Source: an uncultured Acidimicrobiia bacterium
Lineage (GTDB): Bacteria; Acidobacteriota; Terriglobia; Versatilivoradales; Versatilivoraceae
Assembly (NCBI GenBank): GCA_963786955.1
Contig: CAWBAT010000005.1
Coordinates: 1,632,001 to 1,696,000, forward strand
Direction of reading: 5' to 3'
DNA length: 64,000 bases
How positions within the stretch are numbered: the stretch's first letter is position 1; every line of letters starts with the position of its first letter. The notes under the pieces are model-generated. The model ran no database searches and was not told the DNA's origin. It saw only the letters and a program-made list of their open reading frames with translations. This document shows, one piece after another, positions 22,138-34,100 of the stretch. The position numbers and the translations under genes are program-made.

Positions 22138-22840
22138 ATGACAACGATCACGAAATTTTTCGAATACTGGGAAGAACCTCATTTTCCTTATTTCATAATG
22201 CGCCGAGTACAGAGAATCTCACCGGGAATTGCACGCCTTCTGAAGTATGGTCGCTACAATTTAAATACTCGGGACTACTGGAATGTCAGATATGAGAGCG
22301 GGGAATATACCAGAATTGAGGATGAAAAATACCGCCTTTTACGTGGAGAAATCCTGCGCTTCATCCCGGCTAATTCCAAAGTATTAGACCTGGGGTGTGG
22401 ATCAGGTCGTTTCATGGAACTCCTCGCCCTTCAGAAGTCCTGTCAATGTATAGGGCTCGACATTTCCACGGTATCAATTGAGCTGGTCAGAGAAAAAGGA
22501 TTTGAGGGCTTCCAGAGTAAACTTCCTCGCTTACCCATGGGAATTGTCAATCAACGGTTTGACGTTTGTGTTCTGATCGAAACACTCGAACACATCACCC
22601 ACCCCGAGCGGACATTAAAAAGAGTCGAGGAACTGATTTAAGCCAAATGGCTACCTAATCATTTCAGTTCCAGAAGGCTGTATGAAGCCCGAAGAATTTG
22701 ACGAACATATATCGGCCTTTGATCGCGAGAGTCTCGCCGCCTCAATCCCCACCGGCATCAGCATTGAAACCATCACAACTTGTGAATGTGCAGATTGCAA
22801 GTATCTTATCCTGATCGGAAGGAAATCGGCCATAAGTTAG
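22138..22840 (+). CDS. Class I SAM-dependent methyltransferase, one frameshift
   Basis: VLDLGCGSG, GLDIS, ETLEHI; continues after about 22640 as PNGYLIISVPEG...EHISAF to TAG 22838-22840. Confidence 0.8.
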
Positions 22841-23317
22841 TTCTAGTAGATTCTAGTTAAGATTCCCCAGAACCTAACATTCCTTCTGGTACCCCTTTCG
22901 GGGGGGCAGGTCAAGTATACGTCCCATTGAATGGGAGGAATGACCAGCTTGTTACATTAGATACACAACTTTAAGTCATTTAATTTGATCCACCTCTTGT
23001 AACTAGTTGTATGATCGAAAATCCTTGTTTGCTCAAGTCCCAATTCGCGCCAAGCCACGTGCTGTCCTTTCCGCCCGGTTTGCTTCAAAAAGGCGGAGTG
23101 ACTGGCTTCCACACCACTTTGGAGCGGTGAAGCTGAGGTGGCAGGAAGTGAGGGTAGACAGGGACGCAATCTAGTTTTTGCTCCTTGACGCAACGGCAGG
23201 CTCGCTTGCCGCGTGATGGAGGACCAAGGTTCAGCGTGGTTGGAAATATCATTGTAGTTGACGAGGGCGCCTCTGCCCGTTGTTAAGGCTCTGCGTCATT
23301 AATGTCCGCCAGGAAAG

Positions 23318-24300
23318 GTGCGGGAGGTGTTCTTGTTTCTTGCGAATTTGGTACGAAAGACCTTCGTCCCCCATTTGGAGGATGGCGACCCCGAACTCAG
23401 ACTCGGTGCGAGCGCTTTGAAGCTTGACTGGAGGAGAGTATGGACGCTGCTGTGGAATAGTGCTAAAAGCCGACCCCTGCGGGCACCCAAATTCTGCTCC
23501 AAAGTTTTCTTGTTTACGAAGGCGGCGAGGCTCAGCGTAGTACTTCTCGTGGTAGCCCTGCAATGGCCGTGCACTCTGGCGGCGGCTCCGGTGTCAGTTC
23601 GCTTTGTGGAGGGTTTCCTCCATGGCTTCCTCGTTCACGCACGGTCAATGGCGTTCTCATTGCGTCCGGTGATCTCCTCCAGGTTCGTCGGGGCAGAGAG
23701 GTTGAGAGCCGCATGTTGTTCCATTTCAAGGACGGGTCGCTGTTCGATGAGACAGTGGTGTTCACTCAGCAGCGTGTCTTCACCCTGCAGAGCTATCGCC
23801 TGGTACAGAGCGGGCCTGCATTCGCCGATGACACCGAAATTTCGTTGCATCGTGCCACCGGAAATTACCATGTGAAAACCAAGGCTCACAAGGATGGGAA
23901 GGAGGAGTTGCTTGAGGGCACGCTCGATCTGCCCCTCGACGTTTATAACGGCGGCATGATCCTTATCGTCGCGAAGAACCTGCCGAAAGGCGCCAGCGAG
24001 ACCGTTCACACGGTGGCCTTCACGCCCACGCCCAGGCTTATCCAGCTGGAACTGTTGCCGGCAGGGGAGCACAAAGTGCTGGTCGGCGAACTCACGAAAG
24101 CCGCAACGGATTATGTGTTCAAACCAAAGCTCGGGATTTGGCTGAAACTCTTCGTTACACTACTTGGACGAATGCCGCCGGACAGCCACGCCTGGTTCAT
24201 CACTAACGAAGGGCCCGCTTTCGTGAAGTTCGAGGGGACACTCTCTATAACGGGACCCATCTGGCGGATCGAGTCGACGAGCCCCCGATGGCCTGATTAG
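23318..24300 (+). CDS. Exported hypothetical protein, one frameshift
   Basis: Signal-like segment then APVSVRFVEGFLHGFLV, shifting into GVLIASGDLLQ...GPIWRIESTSPRWPD; true start uncertain. Confidence 0.6.
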
Positions 24301-24583
24301 GAAGGGCTGAACCTGAGCCGCAGTACACTCCGAAAATATCAATGGAGGTCGACGCGAAGATATCATGGCTCAGTCACTGCAAATTTTGCGACCACAGCAG
24401 AAATAAACACGGAGACAGCAACCATGACGTTAAGGGTTCTCTCGCAATGGGTAGGGACGCGAAGCCAAACGCTGAGGCAAGGACAGCCCAAATCAAGGCT
24501 GACTTCGCGCGGTCAGAGAAGGGATGTGCGACCATTTTGAAGTTGTTCAGTTTGAGCTTGTCGGGGAGATTATACTTTTGGTT

Positions 24584-24892
24584 TTAAAGTCTACCCGCTT
24601 TCGGCACCATTGAACGCCTTCCGTTCTCAATCTGCTTCGCGAGCTGAAAGTCCTTTTTGGTCAACCCGCCTTCCCGGTCGGTGGAAAGAGTCAAAGTCAC
24701 CCTCCGATAATTGATCAGTATGTCGGGGTGATGATCGGCACTCTCAGCCAATCCGGCTACCTTGTTAACAAAACGTATAGCCTCAGGAAAAGAAGTGAAT
24801 TCATATCCTTTGGCAATGGTTTCCCCCTCAAGCTTCCAAGCGCTTAGACCTTCGAGACTCTCAGTGATCTCGGCTTTGGACAATCTTGCCAT
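24584..24892 (-). CDS. phhB: Pterin-4-alpha-carbinolamine dehydratase
   Basis: AESADHHPDI, LST..GGLTKKDFQLA; GGAGG RBS. Confidence 0.9.
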   Translation of the reverse strand: MARLSKAEITESLEGLSAWKLEGETIAKGYEFTSFPEAIRFVNKVAGLAESADHHPDILINYRRVTLTLSTDREGGLTKKDFQLAKQIENGRRSMVPKAGRL

Positions 24893-25404
24893 TTCTTCCT
24901 CCTATCACACTATTGTCAGGTTCTTACTAAAAGACCCTTTTAAGCACTCCCACCTGTTGTCGCAGAGCCAAGTTCTCTAGAGGCAGATCCCGTCGCTCTC
25001 TGAAGACTGCAACAATCAAGATGAGTAACCATCGAAGTGCCTCACTCATGGACAGGAGTGTGGGAGCATTGTCCGGCGGGAAGAAGGGCGCCGGCATTAT
25101 GGCGACCTCCGGGGGGTATGCAGGACTGGTTTATGATCCCAAGTGCCATTCGACAGAGCGCATATGCGGAAAGCGGCTGCCGGCAAGTCGGGTTGACTAC
25201 CAGAATGGCGGGTTGAGTTTGGCTATTCGATGTAGATATCAGGAGCGTGCAATAAAGTATTATTTTCATTGTTTTTCATGCGCACGGGCCTTTGAATTGG
25301 CTACTGACGTTGGAACAGCCCTATTCATCCAGTACTGCTGTGTAGCAACAAGTGGAAGAATTGCCCGGGAGCGGGTGTGCACCGCGAAAAACCCTCTCAG
25401 TTCC

Positions 25405-26307
25405 TTAGCGAAGCGATTGGAAGCCGAGGACTTGCGACAAGATGGCGTCAAGCATGCTATATGAACCGTTAGAATAGCGGCCATATTGATACCGGCTGTT
25501 GTAGCCATCTTTATAGCCGCGACGGAAGCCCTCGCGAAAGTAGTAGTTGTAGTCGGCCCGGTCTACGTAATAACCGTTATAGCCATAATTGGCGTCCTGA
25601 TAGGCATAAGAGTCTTTGTAGTTGGAACGCCAGTGATCCTGGCGGTCTGCCTCTCCGGCCCGGAAGCCTTCCTGGTAACCGTAGTTAACGGCCTGGCGGA
25701 GAAAATCTGCGCCGTATTGATTCGTCTCGTAGTAGCGGCCGCCACGATTGTAACGATAGATTGGAGCCGTGTAGAAGTACGGATCGCGATCGTAATCGGG
25801 GTGACGGTCGTTCTGGAGAAATATTTGCTGTTGACGCTGGCGCTCTAGATACTCTTCCTGAATACGGTACTGCGCCGTACGATTTTGTTGCTGTAATTGT
25901 ACTGTTTGTTGTTGCAGGACAAGCTGCTGCTGATCTAGATATTGACGGTACTGCGTCAGGCGCTGCTGCTGTTGATCAACAAGCTGCTGCTGACGCTGTT
26001 GTGAGAGACGCACTCCTTCCAGCTGCTGCTGGGCGCGCTGTTGTTGCTGCTTAGTTTGGTCCTGCTGCTGTTGCTGGGCGCGCTGCTGTTGCTGCTTCTT
26101 TTGATCCTGCTGTTGTTGCTGGGGTTTAGCTTGTTGTGCGCCCTGCGGCTTTTCGGGCTTGGCTTGCTTGTCCGGCTTGCCCTGCTTTTTGTCCTGCTGC
26201 TCTTGCTTCTGCTTTTCATCCTGCTGTTCCTGCTGTACGTAGGCAGGAGCAGGGGTTCCGAGAAGCAAAGACAGAACTGCTGTGCTGATAACTCCAACTC
26301 GTTTCAT
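25405..26307 (-). CDS. Exported glutamine-rich protein with Tyr/Gly-rich C-terminal repeats
   Basis: Signal-like start, long Q-rich tract, repeated GY..GFR.G..DG units; GAGG RBS. Confidence 0.8.
   Translation of the reverse strand: MKRVGVISTAVLSLLLGTPAPAYVQQEQQDEKQKQEQQDKKQGKPDKQAKPEKPQGAQQAKPQQQQQDQKKQQQQRAQQQQQDQTKQQQQRAQQQLEGVRLSQQRQQQLVDQQQQRLTQYRQYLDQQQLVLQQQTVQLQQQNRTAQYRIQEEYLERQRQQQIFLQNDRHPDYDRDPYFYTAPIYRYNRGGRYYETNQYGADFLRQAVNYGYQEGFRAGEADRQDHWRSNYKDSYAYQDANYGYNGYYVDRADYNYYFREGFRRGYKDGYNSRYQYGRYSNGSYSMLDAILSQVLGFQSLR
25925..26235. repeat. CTG/TTG low-complexity tract encoding poly-Q
   Basis: Runs of ctgctg/ttgttg inside the Q-rich gene. Confidence 0.85.
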
Positions 26308-26529
26308 TGTCTGTTACCTCTAATTGGTGCTTAAATGATTGAGAGATGATTATCTGTCTCCTTGTTGAACATCGAGAGAAACCAATAACTCACTTTGTGT
26401 AACTAAACAAACGCTCTCGCTTTTCCGCCACCCAAAATAATCCCTAGCACTTCTCTGGGAGATGAACTCATGATAAAGTTGTTTCACTGGCAAAGCTTTT
26501 CTTTGCATGCAGATGGCTGGTTTTAGATG

Positions 26530-27562
26530 TTAGCCCGGTCCCCCGGCCATGACAGAAACCTTTGCGATGTTTGACCTGGCTCTCTTATTCTTGTACAAGG
26601 CCAAATCTGCCTTGGCCATCAGGTCATTAATAGTCATCCTGCCTTTAATATTGAAACGCGTCATACCGAGACAGAAGGATAGCCGGTAGCCGCAATTGAT
26701 TTGTGCCGGTCGTGTTATCCACGTATTCCTGTAACCGAGCAGAAATAATCTCTGCATTTTCATGAAAGGAATCTATCGAAAGTACCACGAACTCGTCCCC
26801 ACCCAGGCGAGCAATGATGTCCAAATCACGATGAAATATCCCTTTCAGACTCTGAGCCGTATTCACCAAAGCCCGGTCCCCTTCCTGGTGGCCAAAAGTG
26901 TCGTTGATCTGCTTGAGACCGTCCAAATCGAGATAAACAAGGAGGAGTTCCTGCTTGATCCGTCGGGCTAACTTCAGGTGCTGTTCGGCAAAGGTCAAGA
27001 AGCCACGACGGTTGTACAGGCCGGTTAAATCATCAATCAATACCAGGGTTCGCAGCGCGTCATTGGCTTTTTTCAGATTGAGATTAAGTTTGAATTGTTC
27101 CGCTTCCGCTCGTTTGCGTTCGGTAATATCCTCAATCGCAAGGAGGATCATCTCTCGGTTGTTACTCTCGCGGGGCAGCTTTTTGGCATTCAGGAGCATT
27201 GTCCGTCTGACCGATACCCGCAAAATCATGTTCCACTTCATGGTCATGGAATTCCAAGCCCTTGCGAAGTACTTCCCCCAGTAAAGTTCTCAGCCCGGGA
27301 AGGTCCCACTGGCGATTCCCCAGACCAAAAATCAATCGGCCCTCGGTCTCCCCTGGACCGACTTGGAAGGTCTTGTAGAACGATTCATTTGCCCACATCA
27401 CCCTCAGATCTGGACTGAGAATGAGAAGGATTCATGCACGGTTTGCAAAATGCCTTCAGCGTAGATCTGGATTTCCGGTATCAATCTTCGCAATCGAGGC
27501 AAGGAACTTTCCTCCGGATGCGGCTTCCTTCTATTTCCATTTTCTTTCGTACGAACAATCAT
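26530..27562 (-). CDS. PAS + GGDEF diguanylate cyclase, about three frameshifts
   Basis: YAEGILQTVHE..LILSPDLRVMWANESFY (PAS), DDLTGLYNRRG, DLDGLKQINDTFGHQEGD, ARLGGDEF, ADLALYKNK; ATG at 27562 by hand translation. Confidence 0.85.
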
Positions 27563-27751
27563 TTTTCTACTCACAATCCGCTCTCATGCTATATTGTTTT
27601 TCAGAGGACAATCCCGTTTGCCAGAACTCGATCTTCATTCACTTTCAATATCGGGTTCAAAGCAAACAAGAAGGGAAAGCGTCTTATCCCCTTCCCAACT
27701 GATCATGGCGCACTTCTCTCCATACAATCTTTATACCAAGGGGGAGTTGGC

Positions 27752-27794
27752 GCGTCAGTTCAATTGTGAACACCCGTTTGTTCAAAATTGCTCA
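27752..27794 (-). promoter_or_regulatory. Tandem Crp-like operator, copy F
   Basis: Minus strand TGAGCAATTTTGAACA AACGGG TGTTCACAATTGAACT GACGC; CTGACG-17 bp-TATAAA; points to the PAS-GGDEF gene. Confidence 0.75.
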
Positions 27795-28198
27795 TCACAG
27801 TTCACTGAGGCGGGAGGTTCCCTACGGTCCCAGTGAGGGTCTCAAATCCGTGGGAATTGCCCAAGGCGACGAAGCAGAAAACAACTTCTTATGGCGGGAC
27901 AAAGAAAGAGCCACCTTGATATCCTACCTTTGCGGGCTTTTCAAAGTCATAGACCCTTAGGATGAAATAGGAGGTAATTCTTTGTTAGTGAAGTCGAAGA
28001 GGTGAATGATTAAACTTTCAGGGGAGGGAAGGGAAGGTGTAAAAGAATTGGAGATACCGCTTTATGGGCGGAGCCTCCTTCAAACAGCGGACACTACACC
28101 GATGAGTTGAATTGTTGAAGAGGGAAACGAACCCGAACCGGTCGCTTGCTTGGTGGCGTTGGACCAGCGCCTGTGGCCCGCCTAGAGCTTCTGTCTGA

Positions 28199-31100
28199 TC
28201 ACACATCGACCACCTGAATTCTCACCACAACCGAGTGTTCCTGCCGGTCGTCAACCAGGGGAATAGTCTTTTCCCGTTGCTCAACCCCATCCACTGTGAT
28301 GGTCGTCTGGTCAATCTTGGCGCGCGTTTGCAGGACAGTAATGTGATAGACCGTCTCTCGATAGCGGTAGTGCAGCTTAAAAACCTTCCAATCTGCAGGA
28401 AGGCATGGAGCGAAACGGAGTTGATCGACTTCAAGCCGCAACCCCAGGAGGGATTCGACGATGAGTCGATACATCCAGCCGGCAGAGCCCGTGTACCATG
28501 TCCATCCGCCTCGGCCAATGTGGGGCGAGAGGGCATAGACGTCAGCCGCGACGACATAGGGTTCAACTTTGTAGGTCGCCACCCCCTCGGGAGAGCTCCC
28601 ATGGTTCACCGGATTGATCATGCGTAACAGTTCCCAGGCGCGCCGGCTGTCGCCTAAGGCAGCGAACGCCATGGCCGCCCAGATCGCCGCATGCGTGTAC
28701 TGCCCGCCATTTTCTCTCACCCCTGGAACGTATCCCTTGATGTAGCCGGGATTCATATTCGATTTGTCGAAGGGCGGATCTAAAAGCTGGATTAAGGAAT
28801 GCTCCCGACGAACAAGCCGCTGATCCGCTGCCTCCATGGCCGCGCGCGCGCGCCTGGGCATCGCCTGCCCCGGAAAGAACAGACCAACTTTGCGCAATCG
28901 AGTCAATCTGGCACTCGGAATTGCTCGCCGATCCCAGCGGCGAGCCGTCGTCGAAGTAGGCGCGGCGGTACCACTCGCCGTCCCAGCCGTTCTGCTCGAG
29001 ATTCTGGCGCACCTCGGCCGCCTCCTTTTGGCAAATTTCAACGAAGGGGATATCGCCATGCACTCGCGCAACCTCAGTGAAGCGCATGAGCACTTCATAG
29101 AGGAAGAATCCCAACCAGACGCTTTCACCTTTGCCGTGTTCGCCCACCATGTTCATGCCGTCGTTCCAGTCACCGGAGCCGATGAGCGGCAGGCCGTGCT
29201 CACCGAATCTAAGGCCCCTCCGGATGGCTCGCACGCAGTGGTCATACAAACTGGCCGCTTCTTGAGACCGGCTGGGTAAGTCGTAGTACGAGTCCTCCTC
29301 CGGGTTTACCGGTCGGCCGTCGAGAAAGGGGATGAGCTCATCCAACACCCCGGAGTCCCCTGTATTCACAACGTACCGGCAGGTCGCCAACGGCAACCAG
29401 AGGTAATCATCCGAACAGTGTGTGCGCACCCCCCGGCCCGATGGCGGGTGCCACCAATGCTGGACGTCTCCTTCCCGGAACTGCCGGGATGCGCAGAGGA
29501 GCAGTTGCTCGCGCACCAGGCGCGGCTCGGCGTGGATCACAGCCATCACGTCCTGCAACTGATCACGAAAGCCAAAGGCGCCTCCCGACTGATAGTATCC
29601 GCTCCGCGCCCAAAGCCGGCATGACAGAGTTTGGTACAAGAGCCAGCCGTTCGTCAGCACGTCGAGGGAGGGGTCGGGCGTTTCTACCTGGACTGCGCCG
29701 AGAGTGTGCTTCCATTGCTGCCACACGGCTTCCAGCTCGCCTCGCGCGGCAATGGATCCTCGAAAACGACGCACCAGATTGCCGGCGTCTTCGACGTCTC
29801 GTCCGACACCGAGCCGGAAGATGATTTCACATTCCTGTCCGTCGGCCAGCTCAAAAGGGACCTGGATTGCGGCGCAGGGATCCAGAGCCGCTCCCACTTT
29901 GCCGGAAAGACGCACCCGGGTCATCGCCGCAGGGCTTCGCAGAGTGCCGTTGCGCCCGAGGAATTCAGTCCGGTCTCCGCTGACGGTCCGGCTCACTCCG
30001 TCCACGTCGAAAAAAGCAACCCGGTCGGCAAATTCTGTCTTGTAGGGGTTTCGTGCAAAGAGCGCACCGCTATTGGGGTCCACTTCAGTGATCACGTGCA
30101 TCATCGACTTAGGGCGCAGATCTCCCAACACCCACTCCACGTAGCCCGTGAGGGAGAGTCGGCGCGATCGACCGGACTCGTTTCGCAGCTTTAACACCGT
30201 GAACTTGACCGGCGCGTCCTGAGCCACGTAAACCCACGCCTCTGAGCGGATGCCGCGTTCGGTATGCTCGAAGACGCTGTAGCCGAATCCGTGCCGGGTG
30301 ACGTAAGGATTGGCTCCACGGGTGGGCAGCGGCATGGGAGACCAGAAATGGCCGCGCTCCTCATCACGAATGTAAAAGGCCTCGCCGCTCGAGTCGCTCA
30401 CCGGGTCGTTGCACCAGGGGGTGAGGCGGAACTCGTGGGCATTCTCGCTCCAGGTGTACGCTAGGCCGTTCTCTGAGACGACCGTTCCGAAGTGCGGGTT
30501 CGCCAGCACATTCACCCATGGTGCCGGCGTCACTTGGCCGTGTGCCGTCGAAATGATGTACTCCCGCCCATCAGGGGTGAATCCGCCCAGCCCGTTGGAG
30601 AAGATCAGATCGTGGCGAGGCAATACGGCGACAGCCGTCGGTTCGGCCCCGCGTTTTCGGGTTGGGGTAAGGCGCGGCACGGTTGTTTCTACAATTCCAC
30701 GGCGGCCGAGCTGGCCTGCCAGTGGTCCCCTGCTGTCGCTGATGATGATGCGAGCGACGGTTTGAAGCAGGATGCGGTCCTCGCTGGATATCTGGTCTGC
30801 AGGTCTTACAAAGATGCCGCCGGGTCGATCGGTCACGTTTGCTTCGACGCCTGCGGCAATGAGTCCCATGATTTGGTCATGGAGAAGTTGCCGGTAACCG
30901 GCATGATCTTCGTTCCAGATCACCAAGTCCACTGCCAATCCTTTTAAGCGCCAGTACGCGTGAGCCTGTACGAGTTGGCGAACCAGATCGAAATGGGCCG
31001 GGTCTCCAATCCTGAGCAGCACAATCGGCAAATCTCCAGAAATGGAGTAACCCCACAGGCCAGATTGTCCGCGCCGGTTCTTGATGAGGACGCCCGGATC

Positions 31101-34100
31101 GGCCCGCAGTGACGAATTGGCGTAAATGATGGAGCTGGCCAGGTGTCCATAGAGCTGCGCATCAGCCGTGGGTGGCATTGAGTTGGCGCAAAACCACCTG
31201 GCTGTGTGTCCAAGCCAGGTCGAAGACGCGATCGGCGAGACGCCGATCATGGTACTTTTCGACGAGACCCAGACAACCCTCGCGGTTTTCGCCAACCCCG
31301 GAGACGATATTGATCGTGACGGACTCCCCCGGAATCAAGTGTCTTTCGATAACGGATCGCGACAATCGGATCGAGCACGGAGCCCTCACTGCCAGAGAGC
31401 GCTGCAGAATCCCGCATCGCTTGGGGGTCGGCGACGGTGTTTCCGTGGCCGATGAACCGCATGCGATCCGTTTCATAGGAAACTTCCGCCTTGTCCGCAC
31501 CGTAGACGGCCATTAAGTGAAACATCCATGGCGCCTGCTCCTCGATGGACCGCGGCCGACGAGTGCACAGGATGGCCTGCCGCTGGCGGAAAATCTCAGT
31601 CTGAACAAAGAGATTACTGAACGCCGGATGCAAAGCGTCTGCGGCGGGCGCAGCCAGGACGACTTCCGCGTAACTCGTGATATCGATCACTCTGCTCGCC
31701 CGTGATCGGTTGGTGATGCGGATGCGGCGAAGCTCGATGTCATCTTCAGGTGAAACGGCAATCTCCGTGTGCGTGTCGAGTTCGTGGTTGCGGCAGCGGA
31801 ATTCCGCTCGCGCTTCTGAGAAAACCGCTTCGTAATTCTCCGATCGTTTCAGGGTTGGCTGATGAGCGGTTGACCAGAACTCCCCGCTCGTGACATCTCG
31901 GATGTAGCAGAACGTGCCCCAGTTATCGCACGTGGTGTCTTCGCGCCAGCGCGTGATATCGATATCTTTCCAGCGACTGTACCCGCCTCCCGCGTTGGTA
32001 ATCATCAGATGGTATCTGCCGTTTGACAGCAATTGCACTTCCGGTACCGAAGTATTCGGGCTGTTGAAAACGCGCACGGGTGTTTCCGGACTCCCGGAAA
32101 TCGTACGGAAATCAGAGAGTTCTGCTGAGTGTGAATAGAAGGCCGTGGCCTTTGGAATACGCTCCTGGAGCAACAGCGTGGTTGCCTGGAACAAGGGATC
32201 CGATTCAAATCGTTTCTGCATCGGGTGGTCCAGGAGTAGATAGGCCAACGAGAGAAGACTCATGCCCTGGTGATGTGCCATGAAGGACCGAACGACCGCA
32301 CTCGATTGCCCCCGGGGAAGCCGTGATGGGGTGTAGTCGATGGCTTCATAGAAGCCGAACTTCCCTTCAAATCCCGCAGCGGCGAGCCGTTGCAGATTCA
32401 GGCAGGCTTCCTCAGGCGCGACCATCAATGCGAGGGTGGATGCATAGGGCGCAATGACCAAATCCTGGGCGAGTCCGCGTTTGAGCCCGAGGCCGGGCAC
32501 ACCAAACGCGCGATACTGGTAGTTGAGATGCACATCTACCGCATTATAGCCGGATTCTGAAATGCCCCACGGCACTCCGCGCTTCCTCCCATACTCGATC
32601 TGCCTTTCAACGGCCGCCTTGTAAGTTTGGTCAAGCAGCGTGTTGTCGTACGTCGGCATTACCAAGAGGGGCATGAGGTACTCGAACATCGAACCACTCC
32701 ACGAAAGCAGAATCGGTTCTCCACCGGCCTGAGTGAGCAAGCGTCCCAGGGCAAACCAACTCTCCTGCGGCAATTGTCCCTGTGCGATAGCCACGAAACT
32801 GCACAATCTTGCTTCTGAAGCCAGCAAATCGTAATAGCTTGAGTCACGCCGTCGGTCCGTGACGTTGTACCCGATTGCCAGCAGATGACGCGTCTTGTCG
32901 AATAAAAAGTCGTACTCCATGCCGGCAAGTTCGTTGCATTGAAGGGCAAGCTCTTCGATGGTCGCGATTCTGGCCTTGGCTCGCTGGCTTGTTTGCGCGA
33001 TGACCTTTCGAAGCTCATTGAGCCCCTCGCTTTCTTCGGCTGGTGTGTTAGAGCTGATCGTATATTTCTTGGCCGGCTGTAACTCTACCTCGAGTCTTGC
33101 CAATTCGCGCAGCGTCGGGATCTCGCTTGGGAAGATGCTCAGCTGATCCGGAGAGCTCGGCAGCAATGTCCAGGGCGTGAGAAACGTGAGCTCATCGAGG
33201 GCGCTCTGGCATTGCCGGACGAGGGCGTGAGCCCACCAGTTCGCTTGGCCCTCGGAGTCAGCGGCAAGGCTGTTTGCTATCTCCAGGGCTGCAGCTACCA
33301 ACCGGTTGAGGCACTCGCGGGCTGCTGCGAGGTTGGTCGGCCCTGAGTCGCATAGGATTCGGACATTCTTTTGGAGTGTGTTGACTGGGTCTTGAGCGGT
33401 TACCCCGGCAGCATCCACCAGGACACTGACCGTGTCACGCAATCCGTCAAACACTCTCGCCCCAAGGATCTTCTGGTCAGGAAGTGAAAGCAGTCCCGGC
33501 CGCAAAGTGAGCAAGTGGCTTGCGAGGTTCCCACTGTCCACCGTCGAGACATAGAGAGGAGACAGGGGTTTCAGAGATTGCGTGTCGTACCAGTTGTAGA
33601 AGTGACCCCGGTACCTTTCCAAGGTTTCCATCGTGTGAAATGCCTTCGCCGTGCGCTCAACCAGTTGCCCAGCCGGGATGTAACCGAAGTCGTAGGCTGA
33701 TAAATTTGCGAGTAGCGCAAGCCCCATGTTGGTTGGCGAGGTACGGTGCCCAACCGCAGCAACAGGGTTCTCCTGATAGTTATCCGGGGGGAGCCACTGA
33801 TCGTCCGGCCCGACAAATGTCTCGAAGAACGCCCAGGTCTTTCGTGAAAGTTTTCGGAGAAAGGCGGTCTGGTCCGCCGTCAGTTTTGCACCACGAGGGG
33901 CGAGAGGGCGGCTGATCCACCAAGCGACAATCGGGGAGGCAAACCAGAGGCCCAATAGGGGTCCCGCCACTGCTAAAGCAACCGGCCGGGAGAGCATGAG
34001 GTAGATCGCCGCGGCAGAGGCTAGAAAAGGGGCGATCCACATCGTCTGACCAAAGGAAACGAGGTCTCGGCGGCTATTGCGATCCTGGTTGCCCGACGGA

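Noticed and set aside
26041-26334. Poly-Leu membrane ORF
   Set aside because: Reverse complement of the poly-Q codons
9962-27794. The six-copy motif as IS terminal inverted repeats
   Set aside because: No transposase lies between oppositely oriented copies and no target duplications were seen; each copy has a correctly spaced -10 and points at a gene
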